Positions 1 to 12,500 of a DNA stretch of 64,000 bases are shown here, piece after piece. Made by a program: the position numbers and the translations under genes. Numbering within the stretch: the first letter of the stretch is position 1; every line of letters begins with the position of its first letter. Source of the stretch: Phoronis australis (taxonomy: Eukaryota > Animalia > Phoronida). Location: positions 62,001-126,000 of the forward strand of contig NMRA01000766.1 in assembly GCA_002633005.1 (NCBI GenBank). Reading direction: 5' to 3'. The notes under the pieces are model-generated. The model had not been told where the DNA came from, searched no databases, and saw only the letters and a list, made by a program, of their open reading frames with translations.

Positions 1-271
1 CTGAATCTTGGGACAACTTATTTCTTTTTGTTGAGTTGGATTATGATTTGATATGCAAAATAGTTGACTTGTCTCATAATTGATTTGGGTTGTTGGTGTA
101 CTATTTGTTTATTTGTGTACTATTTATTGTTATCAAAATACTGACCAGATAGTGCTGGACATACATGTATAGATATTAGTTAAACTTGTGTCTTTGAGGC
201 TATAGAATTTTACACATTGCAGAGATCAGACGAGTTGTTTTTTACTCACGTTATATGCCGATTTTAGCTCG

Positions 272-435
272 TAATATCTACATATATTATTATAATATCT
301 ACATATATTATTATAATATCTACATATATTATAATAATATCTACATATATTATAATAATATCTACATATATTATAATATCTACATATATTATTATAATAT
401 CTACATATATTATAATAATATCTACATATATTATA
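272..435. repeat. AT-rich minisatellite (unit ~15-21 bp, TATTATAATATCTACATA)
   Basis: About 9 direct tandem copies; it generates the spurious YYNIYI/VDIII ORFs. Confidence 0.95.
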
Positions 436-477
436 TGTGTGTGTGTTTGTGTCATTAAACGATTATTCTGTTTCAAG

Positions 478-587
478 TGTGGGAAAGAAATATCGCTACC
501 GAACCTGTACAAATCCACCGCCGACGTATAATGGCAAAGATTGTAGGGGCAGAGATTGTGATATTGAGGAGTGTGATGTGGACTGCA
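478..587 (+). CDS. Exon: C-terminal half of a thrombospondin type-1 repeat
   Basis: GKKYRYRTCTNPPPTYNGKDCRGRDCDIEECDVDC fits the TSP1 RxRxCxNPxP-GxxCxG pattern; tttcaag acceptor, gtacgt donor. Confidence 0.85.
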
Positions 588-3500
588 GTACGTATCTTAC
601 GAATGAGTCTTTAATATCGAGGAGTGAAATTGAGATTTCATTGCAATAAATTAATAGTAATACTGGCACTTTGAAGGCTACCTAGTGGCCATTTTATTAT
701 TTTCGAGTCTGTTTTTTACCATTCACCTCTATCCTCCAACACACTTGAAACATCATTATAAATTAGTATGCATGTTTCTTCTGAGAATGTCAGGGATGCC
801 GTTGTTGTTTGGACAGGTCTGATCCGACTGCTGTGATGCCCCCTAGTGGCAAACTGCTCATAGGATCATTATGAAAATTGGCAGATGTGATCCTACTGAT
901 AAGAGCATGACCGATGCTACTTTTCAGACGGTTCAATTACTGTGACACCCCCTAGTGGTATTTTTTACATTTGCTGCTGTATGTACTTAACTTTATGGAG
1001 AATCTTTGGTTAGTTTATTCTTATGAACTTTGCAGCAGATGGCAAATCTTTTGGATGGATCCTGCTACCACTGCGGCAATTTTGATTTTTTAGTAGAATT
1101 TATTTAAAATTTGGTAAACAAGTTTCTATTAGGGATATGATGACGCCTTCCCACTTTTGTACGATTTTGACATATTCTTCACCATTTTTATGATACTAAC
1201 AAACACCCCTTGAACCATACCATTTACTGCGCAGACGTAACAACTGATTCCAATGCATTGCATTGCTCTTGTATCAAATGTTGTCAGCTCATTTGTAATT
1301 AAGGTGGTGGTATTTTGAAACAATTCAGTGTTTTACGAAGTGAGCTTTCAATTTGAATGTGAACTATGATCAGGGATATGTCAGCAACCGTGTCTTGCTC
1401 TTTAAAACATAAAATGCGTTGTTGCCTTTGCGATAATTGGCTTACAAACATCATAGCAAGGGCTCGGCTCTTTGGAAGCCATGAATTACTTGACCGTAAT
1501 CAGAATTGGACTGCAAGACACAAGTGGTTTTTGTTACTTGTTTAGTTCATGGATGTGGAAATTTATTTAGCCAGGGGTGCAAATTGTTAGGATGCTTGTT
1601 AAACAAAAATTTTTTTACTGTCATTCAGTGGTTCATCATGAACTGAAGTATTTGTTGTCACAATAATTTTTGATTGGTGTTATTTCAGGTGGCAAGCCTT
1701 GTAGGTACGGCGGTCTGAAATGTACGGTCGACAACTCCCATTGCGTGGTCACACCATTCAGACGTCGTTGCGTTTGTGATAGAGGATATGTCAAGTTCCG
1801 AGGTCTATGCGTTCGTAAGTTTACCTCATTACTCTTTTTCAAAAATAATTCCGCACAGTCCAGTGTGGTCCTTGTTCTGCAAGTAGCTCACTAAACTTGT
1901 TGTGAGAAGTCATTTCAGCAAATGGCTAATATCAGAAACACAAAATCACAAACTGTGTTGCAACATTAATGTATGTACCTCACCCATAGCGAAGCCATTT
2001 GCAAATTTTTAACACAAATTTAATATCAATCACATCTAAGGAAACGAAGTGGAACTGAATGAACTAAACACAATGTTGGATGGTTTACTTACACACGTCT
2101 GCACTGCATACTGATGGATGACCATAAAGCACAGACCGTTGATCTGTTGCAGGTGAAGATGGAGTGCCCTGCTGGGGCTGCGGCACAAGGTGTACAGACC
2201 GTAACTCTCACTGTGATAGGGCAACCAAGAGATGTGTCTGTAATGAAGGCTATGTACCATTTGGTATAGCAGGCGTCTGCACTGGTGAGTCGGGGCTTGA
2301 AATTTTCTTTTTAGAGGATCTCCTGTTTTTTGATTTCGATTTCCTCTTATTTGATAATCCAGTTTCCCCAAATTTTTCTCTCTTTTTTATCATTTTTGAC
2401 TTCATTCATGCAAAAACATTTATTTCAGTTAAAAATATTTCTACACACTTGTGGAAAACTACATCACCTGGAAAATTTTCCTCTTTTTTGTCATTGGTCA
2501 TTCTAAGGCCTGGTGAGTTTGACCGGTAGAATTTGGATGGATTTGTAGGATTTAGGGGGTAAAAACATGCGCTGTTTTTGGACACAACTGGTCACAAAAA
2601 TTGCCCTTTTTCAAAGGCTTCTTGTTCATTACTGTTAAATTACTCAGGTGTGGCAATGGTGTAAAATTCAGTACGTTTCTTTTTGCTTGAAATTTGGGCA
2701 AAATGATATTGCTCTTTTGTATCATGCTACATCCTGAATTGAAGATTGAATCTCTTCAGTCTATAATTGTTGTTTGTGTTCTGTAAGGGGACTGATATTA
2801 CTGATTACATTGCTCGATGTCTTGTTAACCGGACTTAGCATGTGGATCTTCATCTGTTGGTTGAGTTATGTTCAAGTAATGTCAGCGATATGAAATTGAC
2901 CGTTTTCAATGGCAAATTGGTATAAATGTGTTTCTTCCCTTACATTTGTGTCAAAAAGACCATAGTGCTATGACGGTAGGATTCCACTTTGCCCTGAATA
3001 ATACAAAAAGCAGTTTACATAGAATCATACTGTTCAGTTACACTCTTGACATTTCAACTACATTCAATTCAGCACTGATGATTTAAACATCAGATTTTAG
3101 CATCTATTATATTCCGACACCTAATTTCCTTTGAACACACCATCCTCGACAAGTAATTCAGAATATATTTTCTGACATTCGTAATATCTTTCAGGTATTG
3201 TGCATACATTATATATGTATACCTTGTCGTGGCTCTTGTTAGTGTTTTGAGTGGCACAACTTTCAGGCCTGTCTAGGGTCTTTCTACAGTGTTACCGTTA
3301 TTCTAACAGTCAGCTACCAACACTCATTCTACAACATTTACCCCATTATGTGTTACTGGTATGCCTGAGATATGTAGGGTACTTTATGAATCTTTGTCAG
3401 ATGCTGATGTGGTACCGTGCGCGTACGGCGGAACTCGCTGTCAAGAACACGCAGTTTGTGACCTGGATGTGAAGAAGTGCACATGTGAGACAGGTTATGA

Positions 3501-6500
3501 GCCATCCGGAGACACATGCATTGGTAAGTAGACTTCGTGGATTTGGAAAGGAATGAGGAATGTCTACTTTAAGAATGGAATTTGTTTTAATTAAAAATAT
3601 ACTTTGCTGTCAACTTAATCTTTTCCTTCCTTTCTTTGAGAACAACTGTTTATTTTTGATAGCTATAAATGTTTTACTCAGTCTTACTTTATGTCCTCTT
3701 TTTTTCTAAAATTGCATAAATCTGAAAATAAACTTGTCAATTACATTAATTTTACGCAGACGTTCTTTTCATTGGTAATAAAACTGAGGACGTATTCACT
3801 CACAGGATATTCAAAGCTCACATATCATTTCTTACTTATCAAAAATGACATTATTTTCTATGTCTGTTCTTTTAATATCCAGTCCTGAATACTCAGACGC
3901 ATCCTTCTAAGTAGTCATTGCGCCAAGCTATACAGCTGTGCAGTTTTGCATCGCTCATTTCTTTTTCAGCTGCGGCGTGTCATCAGGGAGGTAGTGTTTG
4001 CCCCGCCCACTCTCACTGCAAGAACAAAGAGTGCATATGTGATGATGGATATGTCAATTACAACGGAGCATGTAAAGGTAGGTTTGGCATGACAACCTCA
4101 ATGGTGGTGGTGGTAAAATGTTGTTGTAAAACCCAATTAAATCTGTACTGAAGTTAAAGTTTCCAAAACATTTACACAGCGCCACCTGATGTTGCAGCAC
4201 CAATTGAGAGAGTGTCATCTGAATTCATTTTAAGATTGTATAAAGAAAAACGACGAGTGTCGGTACTAAAATATGTTAAAATATTCCCCATGTTTCAAGC
4301 AGTATGCTCATTATCAAGGCCCTTGATACCAACACCATTGTAAGATTACATTATTTGCTTGATTATGGTCAAACAATGGACAACTTTGACGTAATCTGCC
4401 CAATCTGGCATTAAGTGAGCAAGTGATTTTCTAAGACAGTCAAAATGTTTTGTTTCATCTTGTCTAACCCACACTGTCTTCAGTGTCTTGGGTTGATAGA
4501 CAGGGAAATACATCATGTGATGCATAACATAATGAGGTAACCCTAGCAACTCTGACCAGACACAACTGTGGTGTCCTTAGGGATTATAACCGTGACTAAG
4601 AAGCCCATGTGGGTCACTTAATTCAATGGGCCGTTGTGTTTGTGCTAGGAAGTTTCTCCCTTCACTCCATGAATGATGGACTCAATTTCCACCTGGCCAA
4701 AATTCTTTCATGATGCTTACAATTGTTGACTCACGTAGCACACAATATGGGCACAGTCAAACTTTTGCTTTGTGTCTTGCTTTTGACATATATCAAAAAT
4801 GGTTTTAAAACAACACCTACGAAGAAGCAATTTTCGTACAATCATAGGCAATAGTTGAATATAACGTGCCTGCTATTTTGAGAACCAGTTGATGCCTGTT
4901 ATTCAGTGGAGACAACTGGTTCTCAAAATGCGGGTATGTTATATCAACCATATTCAACAGTTATGTATTGTTTCTTTGATATTGTCATTCAGATGTACTT
5001 GCACTTCATGTGCTAAGAGCTACATTTTTCTTTGAATTAATTATCTATTATTATTATTATTAATTTCATTAATGCTTCCATTGTCATGTTATGCCTTTTG
5101 GACCTCCTATACGTGACATTTTCCGTTTTCTTGCAGATAAGAGTAAGATCCCCTGCAACCTGGGCGGTACAAAGTGCGCAGATGTCAACTCTTACTGTGA
5201 CCCCATTAGTTGCACCTGCAAGTGTAAGAGGGGTTACGTGTTGTACAAGGGGTCATGTAAAGGTCAGTCATGGACCAGTTTGTAACTTGTGTTATAACAT
5301 GGAACGAACATTTCATTCATCATATTTTAATGCGCCCACGTATATTGTCGACAGTTCACACTCAACAGCAACCACAACTCAAAATTAAAATTTCCTCGCT
5401 TACAATATTTTGAAAACTACAGAGACAAATTATTTCAAATGAACCTAATGTCCAAGTGAAAACACCATAACGAGGAGACAATTTTTTTACTCAGAGATGA
5501 ATATGAATGATAGAGTGCTATAATCGCTCTGAAAATTCCCTTACCACCTGTGCGACCAGATTTCCACTTGCCCACTGTCATTTTCATGGTGTTGGTGGCT
5601 GGGCAAATGGCTGGTATGTAAAAGTTCCCTTAATTGTCTCTCTGTCAAACTGCCAACCACGTTTGCCACTGTTTCTGTATTGTGTGCAAAAACGGCTGCT
5701 TGATACAGGCCATCTTGTGTTGTGTCAAGCTATCACATTTCGGGCATGACTATTCAGTATCCACAGGGATAATATAACAAATATTTTCCCACCCAGGACC
5801 AGAAACTTTTTGTTAAGCTTTGTTTACTTACACAATTCAACTGGAACAATTGTATGACTCAAAAAACTGCTTTCATTGATGTTGCATGTGAATTTCAAAA
5901 GCCCTAGTGTTTGTGAATGACTCCTGATTTACACAAAATTCTCTGCGGACACCTTACTTCTTCCAAGCCCAAAATTATCTGAGCAGGGAATACTAGTAGT
6001 CTTGCGATGCCTTTGCTGACAAGTCAGCGATAAACTTGAAATATTTCAAGGACTCTTTTAAGTAACAAAACTGAAAAAATAGTGACATTTGTCATACCTT
6101 TGTTTTTGTCAATAACACAAAACATTCCCTAAAGAGCACCATGTGTGTTTTTCGTTCTCCCTGTTGGGTCTTTATTTTGGCTTGGGCTGCTTCGGAAATC
6201 CCCACTAGTTCTGCTAAACATATTTCCATTTTGAGACTGAGGCACACTTTCTGAATGTATGATTCTGTTTACGTAGATATATCCACTATACCGTGCCAAC
6301 ATGGTGGGACAAAGTGTGAGTCTGCTGCATACTGCGTTCGTAGGAAAAAGTTCTGCAAGTGTAAAAAAGGCTATGTCAAATATCACGGAATTTGTACAGG
6401 TAAATAGTACATTTGAACGACAGGTTTCAAAACAGATCATTGGGTTTGTTGTTAAAAGAATACAAATCGCAGTGTTGATTCACTTCATAACCTAAAAGAT

Positions 6501-9500
6501 GAGATAGGACAAGGCTACTACACAATTCCATCCATCTGATAAATGCACGTAAGTTTTAATCTCCATCACTAATTTCTCTCAGTGACCCTTACTGACTTTA
6601 TATACGATTCGGGTTTTCAAGAATTTTAACTTGTAAAAGTCTCTGTATGTTACTCGAAACAAAGTATTTTACTATTGATATGACAGATTAAAAGCCTTAT
6701 ATAACCTGACTAGTGATGTGTTATCACCAGCTTATATGGGTTTTGTCACCGTGGCCAGAGAGATATTTAGCTGCATTGCAGTCATGATGTCCTTGTCAAC
6801 TGTCATGCTTTGCTGCCAGGGTCTCATGATTGTGGATTAATTGTGAGTGAGACTTGCCCTAATATGAGCGGGAGATTGACCTAAATTGTTTCATAGTTTT
6901 GTCATAGCATTGTCTTTGTATCGTTGTTGTATCGTTGTTGTATCATTATTTTTAGACATCAAGAAGGTGCCTTGCCAGTACCATGGTTTGAAGTGTCCCT
7001 CAAGGTCGTCATGTGACCGTGCCCAGCTGAAGTGCATGTGCAAGACTGGTTATATTTATTACAATGGAAAATGCAAACGTAAGAATAGATGAGATATACA
7101 TCATGCATGAACACTAAACACTGTTGTAGGGTGGTCTTTTGTCTGGATGAACTAACGCCATTTTGTCTTGGTAAACCGTAACTCAGTATACGACACACAT
7201 ACTCGAGATGATCAAAACATGAGTGCATCGAAGTTCCGACCAACACATCTTCGTTATTAGTAGTAATTCCAGTTACAGTCCAGCTGTAGCGTAACTACCA
7301 TGTTTATTCATTACCCACATTGCATGAGTTATGATGTCCTATTCAAGTCAGTGATAACATTGTGTTAGGTGTAGTCCCTGAGGTCCCTATGATTGCATGG
7401 CCATTTTGTGTTATGTGCATTGCAATACTGGTCTCATTTTTATAGGTTTGTTATCGTAGCTTATTAAGTGGTGCTCTTTGAAAGAAAAGATTGGTCCATA
7501 TGCTCTCATAAATATATTTAAGGAATCAAATATCATTTTGTACCTTTTTATCTTGATTTATTGTTGATATTTCAGTCTCTGGATCTTGTCAAATTGTGCA
7601 TTTATTCTGCAACAAACAACACTTATTTGTTAACTTGGGTTTTTAAAAGACTCCCGTAGTGCTAATAGGGTGAAACTGAAATCGCAAACCTCAAACTGGA
7701 ATGAATGAAGCTAGAGGCTGCCACTCCTCCCAATAAAGTAATCAGTGCTTTTATTAAGTGTAATTAGGACACCTAACGTGCAGTATTAAAAAAGAAAACA
7801 AAGAGCTCCACCCAAAACATGAACCAAACCAGTGGTTTTCACTGATGGCGCCGCTGTGCAGGGTTTTACACTCGCGTCTGTAACAAAAACACACATGCTG
7901 ACTTAGTCGCATCTTCATTTAATGAATTAAAGTGGCTCCATTTTTGCCTGAGGTTTTTGTTCTTAGGCTTAAAATTCGATATCTGAGCCTGTGACTAGCA
8001 AGCTGTACTCCATATTTGATTAAAAAATTGACAAATCACGTGTCATTGTTGGAGGGAGTAATTTTTTTCAATTTCATGCAGTGCTATCAATCAGTTATTG
8101 GTTACGTTCCGTGGATTCGTCGTATCATTTTCGAATTTTGTGTTGTGCAGAAATGGCAGTTCGTTATTTCCAACCTTCTCTAATTCATCTTACAGCCTTG
8201 GATAAAGTGCCTTGTGAACATGGTGGTAGGAGGTGTTATCTGGCAAACAGCAAGTGTAACACAGAGAGGCGTACCTGTGAATGTGTCTTTGGATATGTAC
8301 TGTATTATAAGGCTTGTAAACGTGAGTATGTTGGGTTGATTGTACAAGTGTAACAAATAGAGCTCACCTGTGAATGTGCCTTTGGCTGTGTACTGTATTA
8401 TAAGGCTTGTAAATGCGAGCACTTTGAGCTAATTGTACAAGGATGGGCCGGTAAGCACAGGGCTTCGAAAATTGAAAGTATGATTAAATTGAATGAAATT
8501 TTTAAATGCTAAATGTACTGAAATGTCTCGTTTGTTTTACACATTCCATAGTTTCCTAGACGACTGCGACACAACTTGTAATCAAAGGAAATGGGAATTG
8601 ATATAATCTGAAATTTCGGCGTTTGAAATGCTTTGGTCACCTGTTCATTGAAGTTTAAAGCTTCATTATTAAAATGATATAATGATATCCTTTGTAGCGA
8701 AAAAGGATGTTCCATGTGAGAAGGGGGGAATAAAGTGTGTCAAACAAGATACATACTGTGATGTGGAGAAGGGGCAGTGCGTATGTGACCCCTGTACAGT
8801 CATGTATCAAGGAGAGTGTAGAGGTAAGGTATACAGGACATGGTAAATGACCAGGTTACAGTGTACAATCTGTGTTGGCCCTGTTATGAAAATCAGATAC
8901 AGGTCCTCTGACAGTCCTGGGTTGTGGTCAGTCTAAAAACTGAAAGATAAATTAGTGCATGTCTCTTCAGAAACTCTTCATAATCATGGAGTAATCCCAT
9001 TTTAATCTGCTGAAATTAACACAATACATTTACCGTGTCACCACTAAATAACTCTTGAGATATCCCCCAAATAAATCAACACAAGAATTTCAGTCGGCTC
9101 GCTCTAATGATATCGAGAAGAAGAAGACAGCCAGTACACCACAGCAGGGAACTGAGTAGGGTAAAAATTCTCTAATTTGGGACAGTCGCTAGAATTTTGG
9201 ACGTGGAAACACCCTAAAAAATTGAGTTTTCTTATTCTGGAATTTGAGATAATGTGATTATGGTATTCGTTATTTTTCTCAAATTTCAGACAATATGTTT
9301 TCAATCTACATAGTGGGTAATTATGTCATCTTTCCCATGATTCTTGACCCTGAGCAAAATACCTAAATTTGCACAGTCCCAAATTGGCGAATTTTTTTCG
9401 CACCCAACATGTTGCTGTAAGTAAGTTTTACATTGTTTTGATGGTGTTTGGGGTTTTTTGTGGGACAGTGGAGATTAAAGTGAAATTAATGTGTAAACCC

Positions 9501-12500
9501 GGATAAATAGTAATTTTAGTTTGTGTATTAAAGCCAGAGAGGATCTCGGATTCACTGTATATTCTGAAACTGGTGTAGGGCCTTGAAATTAGTGAATAAG
9601 GTCTTCGCTAGTTGCTATGAGGAACTATTGAATAGAGCAGATGTGAAATTATGTGTCATCAATAGATTAAGGAGAATGACACTCATGGCTTTCAACATCG
9701 CCCACAAGAGGTCGCCCTGGTTGCTTGATGACGTTATCGCAATCGGAGATATTACTCGTGATTTAAGGGGTACAAATGAGGCTATTTTGGAAATCAATCT
9801 TTTAAATACTGCCTCAGGTTTCTAAGTTTAAATATTAATTTTAACTTTTTCTAAATATTTAATCTAAAATTTGTAATTAGCCGGTCTAAACAGTACTAGT
9901 TGTTGCTTTTGTCAGTACTGACAATAAACAAATCTGTATCTGCATTACGTTTGATAACTGTTGTAGATAAAGAGAAAGTTCCATGCAGTGCCGGTGGAGT
10001 GAAATGTACCAAGTGTGGCACTGTGTGCAATATGAAAAGGAAAAGATGTCAATGCAAGGCTGGCCTCATCAACTACCACAATGTCTGCACAGGTATACTC
10101 TTTGCTGAATGGGAGTAAAGTCATAGAGTTTGGTTTGAAGAATGTGGGAGACTCCTGCCATTATGAATGTTGACGAAGTTTGCGAAAGTATCTGTTTTTA
10201 TCTTGCTTAAGCTTGCTGATATTGATTTGAGATGAAATACTTTTGACATCTGCTGTCCATACTTTTCAGTGAGAAACCATGCTTTCTCATCAAGTGAAGG
10301 TAGATGTCTTGCTTTCAGAATCCTTGATTTAGATAAAGACTGTATCAAAATTCAAATCTAAATAAATTATAAATATGCCCTAGTTGAGCTGATAAAATGT
10401 ATAGCCTCCTGAAAAATATTTTCTGAAAACACTTTTGTACTCTGTATGTTTTGTCAGTTTATCGTAAATGGAATATTTTGATTGATATTTGTACATGTAT
10501 GTATCTAATTTTGTCCTCAATGTTATCGATCATTTTAGTTAAAGTGATACCATTCCTCTAATGTAGGTCTTTTCATTGCCTGTAACAGTTTCATTTTCCA
10601 AACCTCATTTGCTTGTAGCCCGTCAAGATGTGCCTTGCTCTGCTGGGGGACGTGCGTGTGGCGTTCATGCCAAGTGTGCTGCTAAGACCTGTAGGTGTCT
10701 GAGTGGTTACGTGAAGTTTGGAGGACGATGCACAGGTGAGGTCACTCTCACTATCACTAATATGGAATTGTGTGCTGTGAAAAACATCATACATTTGGAA
10801 ACCGGGCCATTCATTGGTATCCTGTATTGTAGAATGCTTCTCTACATCAACCGGGAAAGCTGGTGCTCCGTCTGCGCTTGATATCATGAAAGTTGGTCTA
10901 AGCTCTTATTGTGTTGTACAGGGCAGTTACCACATTACCAATGAAGTTTCGCATGACAAGTTAGTGTAAAAGCCTCCTTTCGGGGAAGACATACACTAAA
11001 AATTGACCAAAATGCTGTGATGGGTTTTTGTTTTTGACAACAGCTTTGAGTCGATGCATGACTTTAGATTATAGCAATGTATTCATTCAGCCTGCTAGGT
11101 AATTGGGGTTTGTGTCATGACATCGGACAAAAGACTGAGCCTGGCGATTAACAAAAGAAAAATTGATATCAGGCCTCTAAAAATTGGTGTCGTCTGGAAT
11201 GAGGACTAAATGGGAGTTTGTTGTAATGAGTGCAGCTAAGGAAAACCCCGCTTTCACTTCTCATCTGAATAGAGACAAATTTTATAGTGGCAAATGGTCT
11301 AAATAAGAAGATAGCTTTTTGGATGGAACACGGAATTATACCGGGTTTAGTTATAATTATTTATTCATAATAATTATTTATTTGATATTTTACACAGCCA
11401 AAGCTGATGTACCATGTAAAAACGGAGGTGAAAGATGTCCTGCCAACTCTCAGTGTAATGTGGCCAGGAGAGTGTGTGAGTGTGTCACGGGGTACATCAA
11501 AGTTCAAGGTTCATGTGTCCGTAAGTATGAAGTCAGCATTGGTGGGACTGAAACATTAATTTTGAAAATTATGGTAAAATTTTGCAAATTTAGGACGAAA
11601 GATGAAATTTATTTTCTCTTTTTCATCAATAACATAACACTTACCAGAAGTATGCTTTACGATATCCGAGCTCTGTACTATAGCTGCTAACAGGCTATAT
11701 TTTGAAAATATGTGGGCATTCACAACAATTTTAGAAACCCTAATTGAAAAATGAAAAAAATTCTATTTTTGCCATTATTTTTATTCGATGTTGGTGACGA
11801 TTTACTGTACGCTATTTACCCATCACTTCAATTGCAGTTGAGATATTGAATGTTTATATTCCTTGCAAAAAGCTGAACTTGTAGCTGTCAAAAATATCCC
11901 ATAAGTGGTGCCATCTGGCATCATGTCAGTAGCTTTTTTACTTGAAAATGGCACTTCATTGGAACATGTGAACAGTTCTAAATCCATTGTATGATGCACC
12001 CACATGTACATGTAGGTTTGTCCAATGTTTGCTGCTGTATCTTCTAAACCTCTAACAGGATTTTAATGAGTTGTGGCATATGTGTTTCAGAAGCTGACTA
12101 CAAAAAACAAATTTTGGACCGACCTAACTACTGCTGTGCTCTCTGTTGACAATTTTTATTCTTTTAGTTTGCTTCCGTATGTTTGGACTTTGTTAACAGA
12201 TTTTTGTGAAAGTTCAGTTGGCAAATATAGTTCTATTAAGGAGACGCCTACCTGGATTTGGCATCTTCTACTCCACCTAGTTTTCTGTGACCGCTGGTCT
12301 CTATCTGCCAAACTGCACGGAGGATTATCATGAAAATTGACAGATGCAGGTGTTTCTTTGGCGTTCCCTAGTGACGTGTTTTTGCATCCGTGACTGTTTT
12401 TCCTTAACCCATTGCAAGATCTATGTGCAAATGGGATATGTGTTTCAATAGACCTGACAATGGATGTAAACGTTTTAGATGGATCCGACTACTGTTATGC

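Noticed and set aside
255-518. ORFs rich in YYNIYI / VDIII
   Set aside because: Translation artefacts of an AT-rich tandem repeat.
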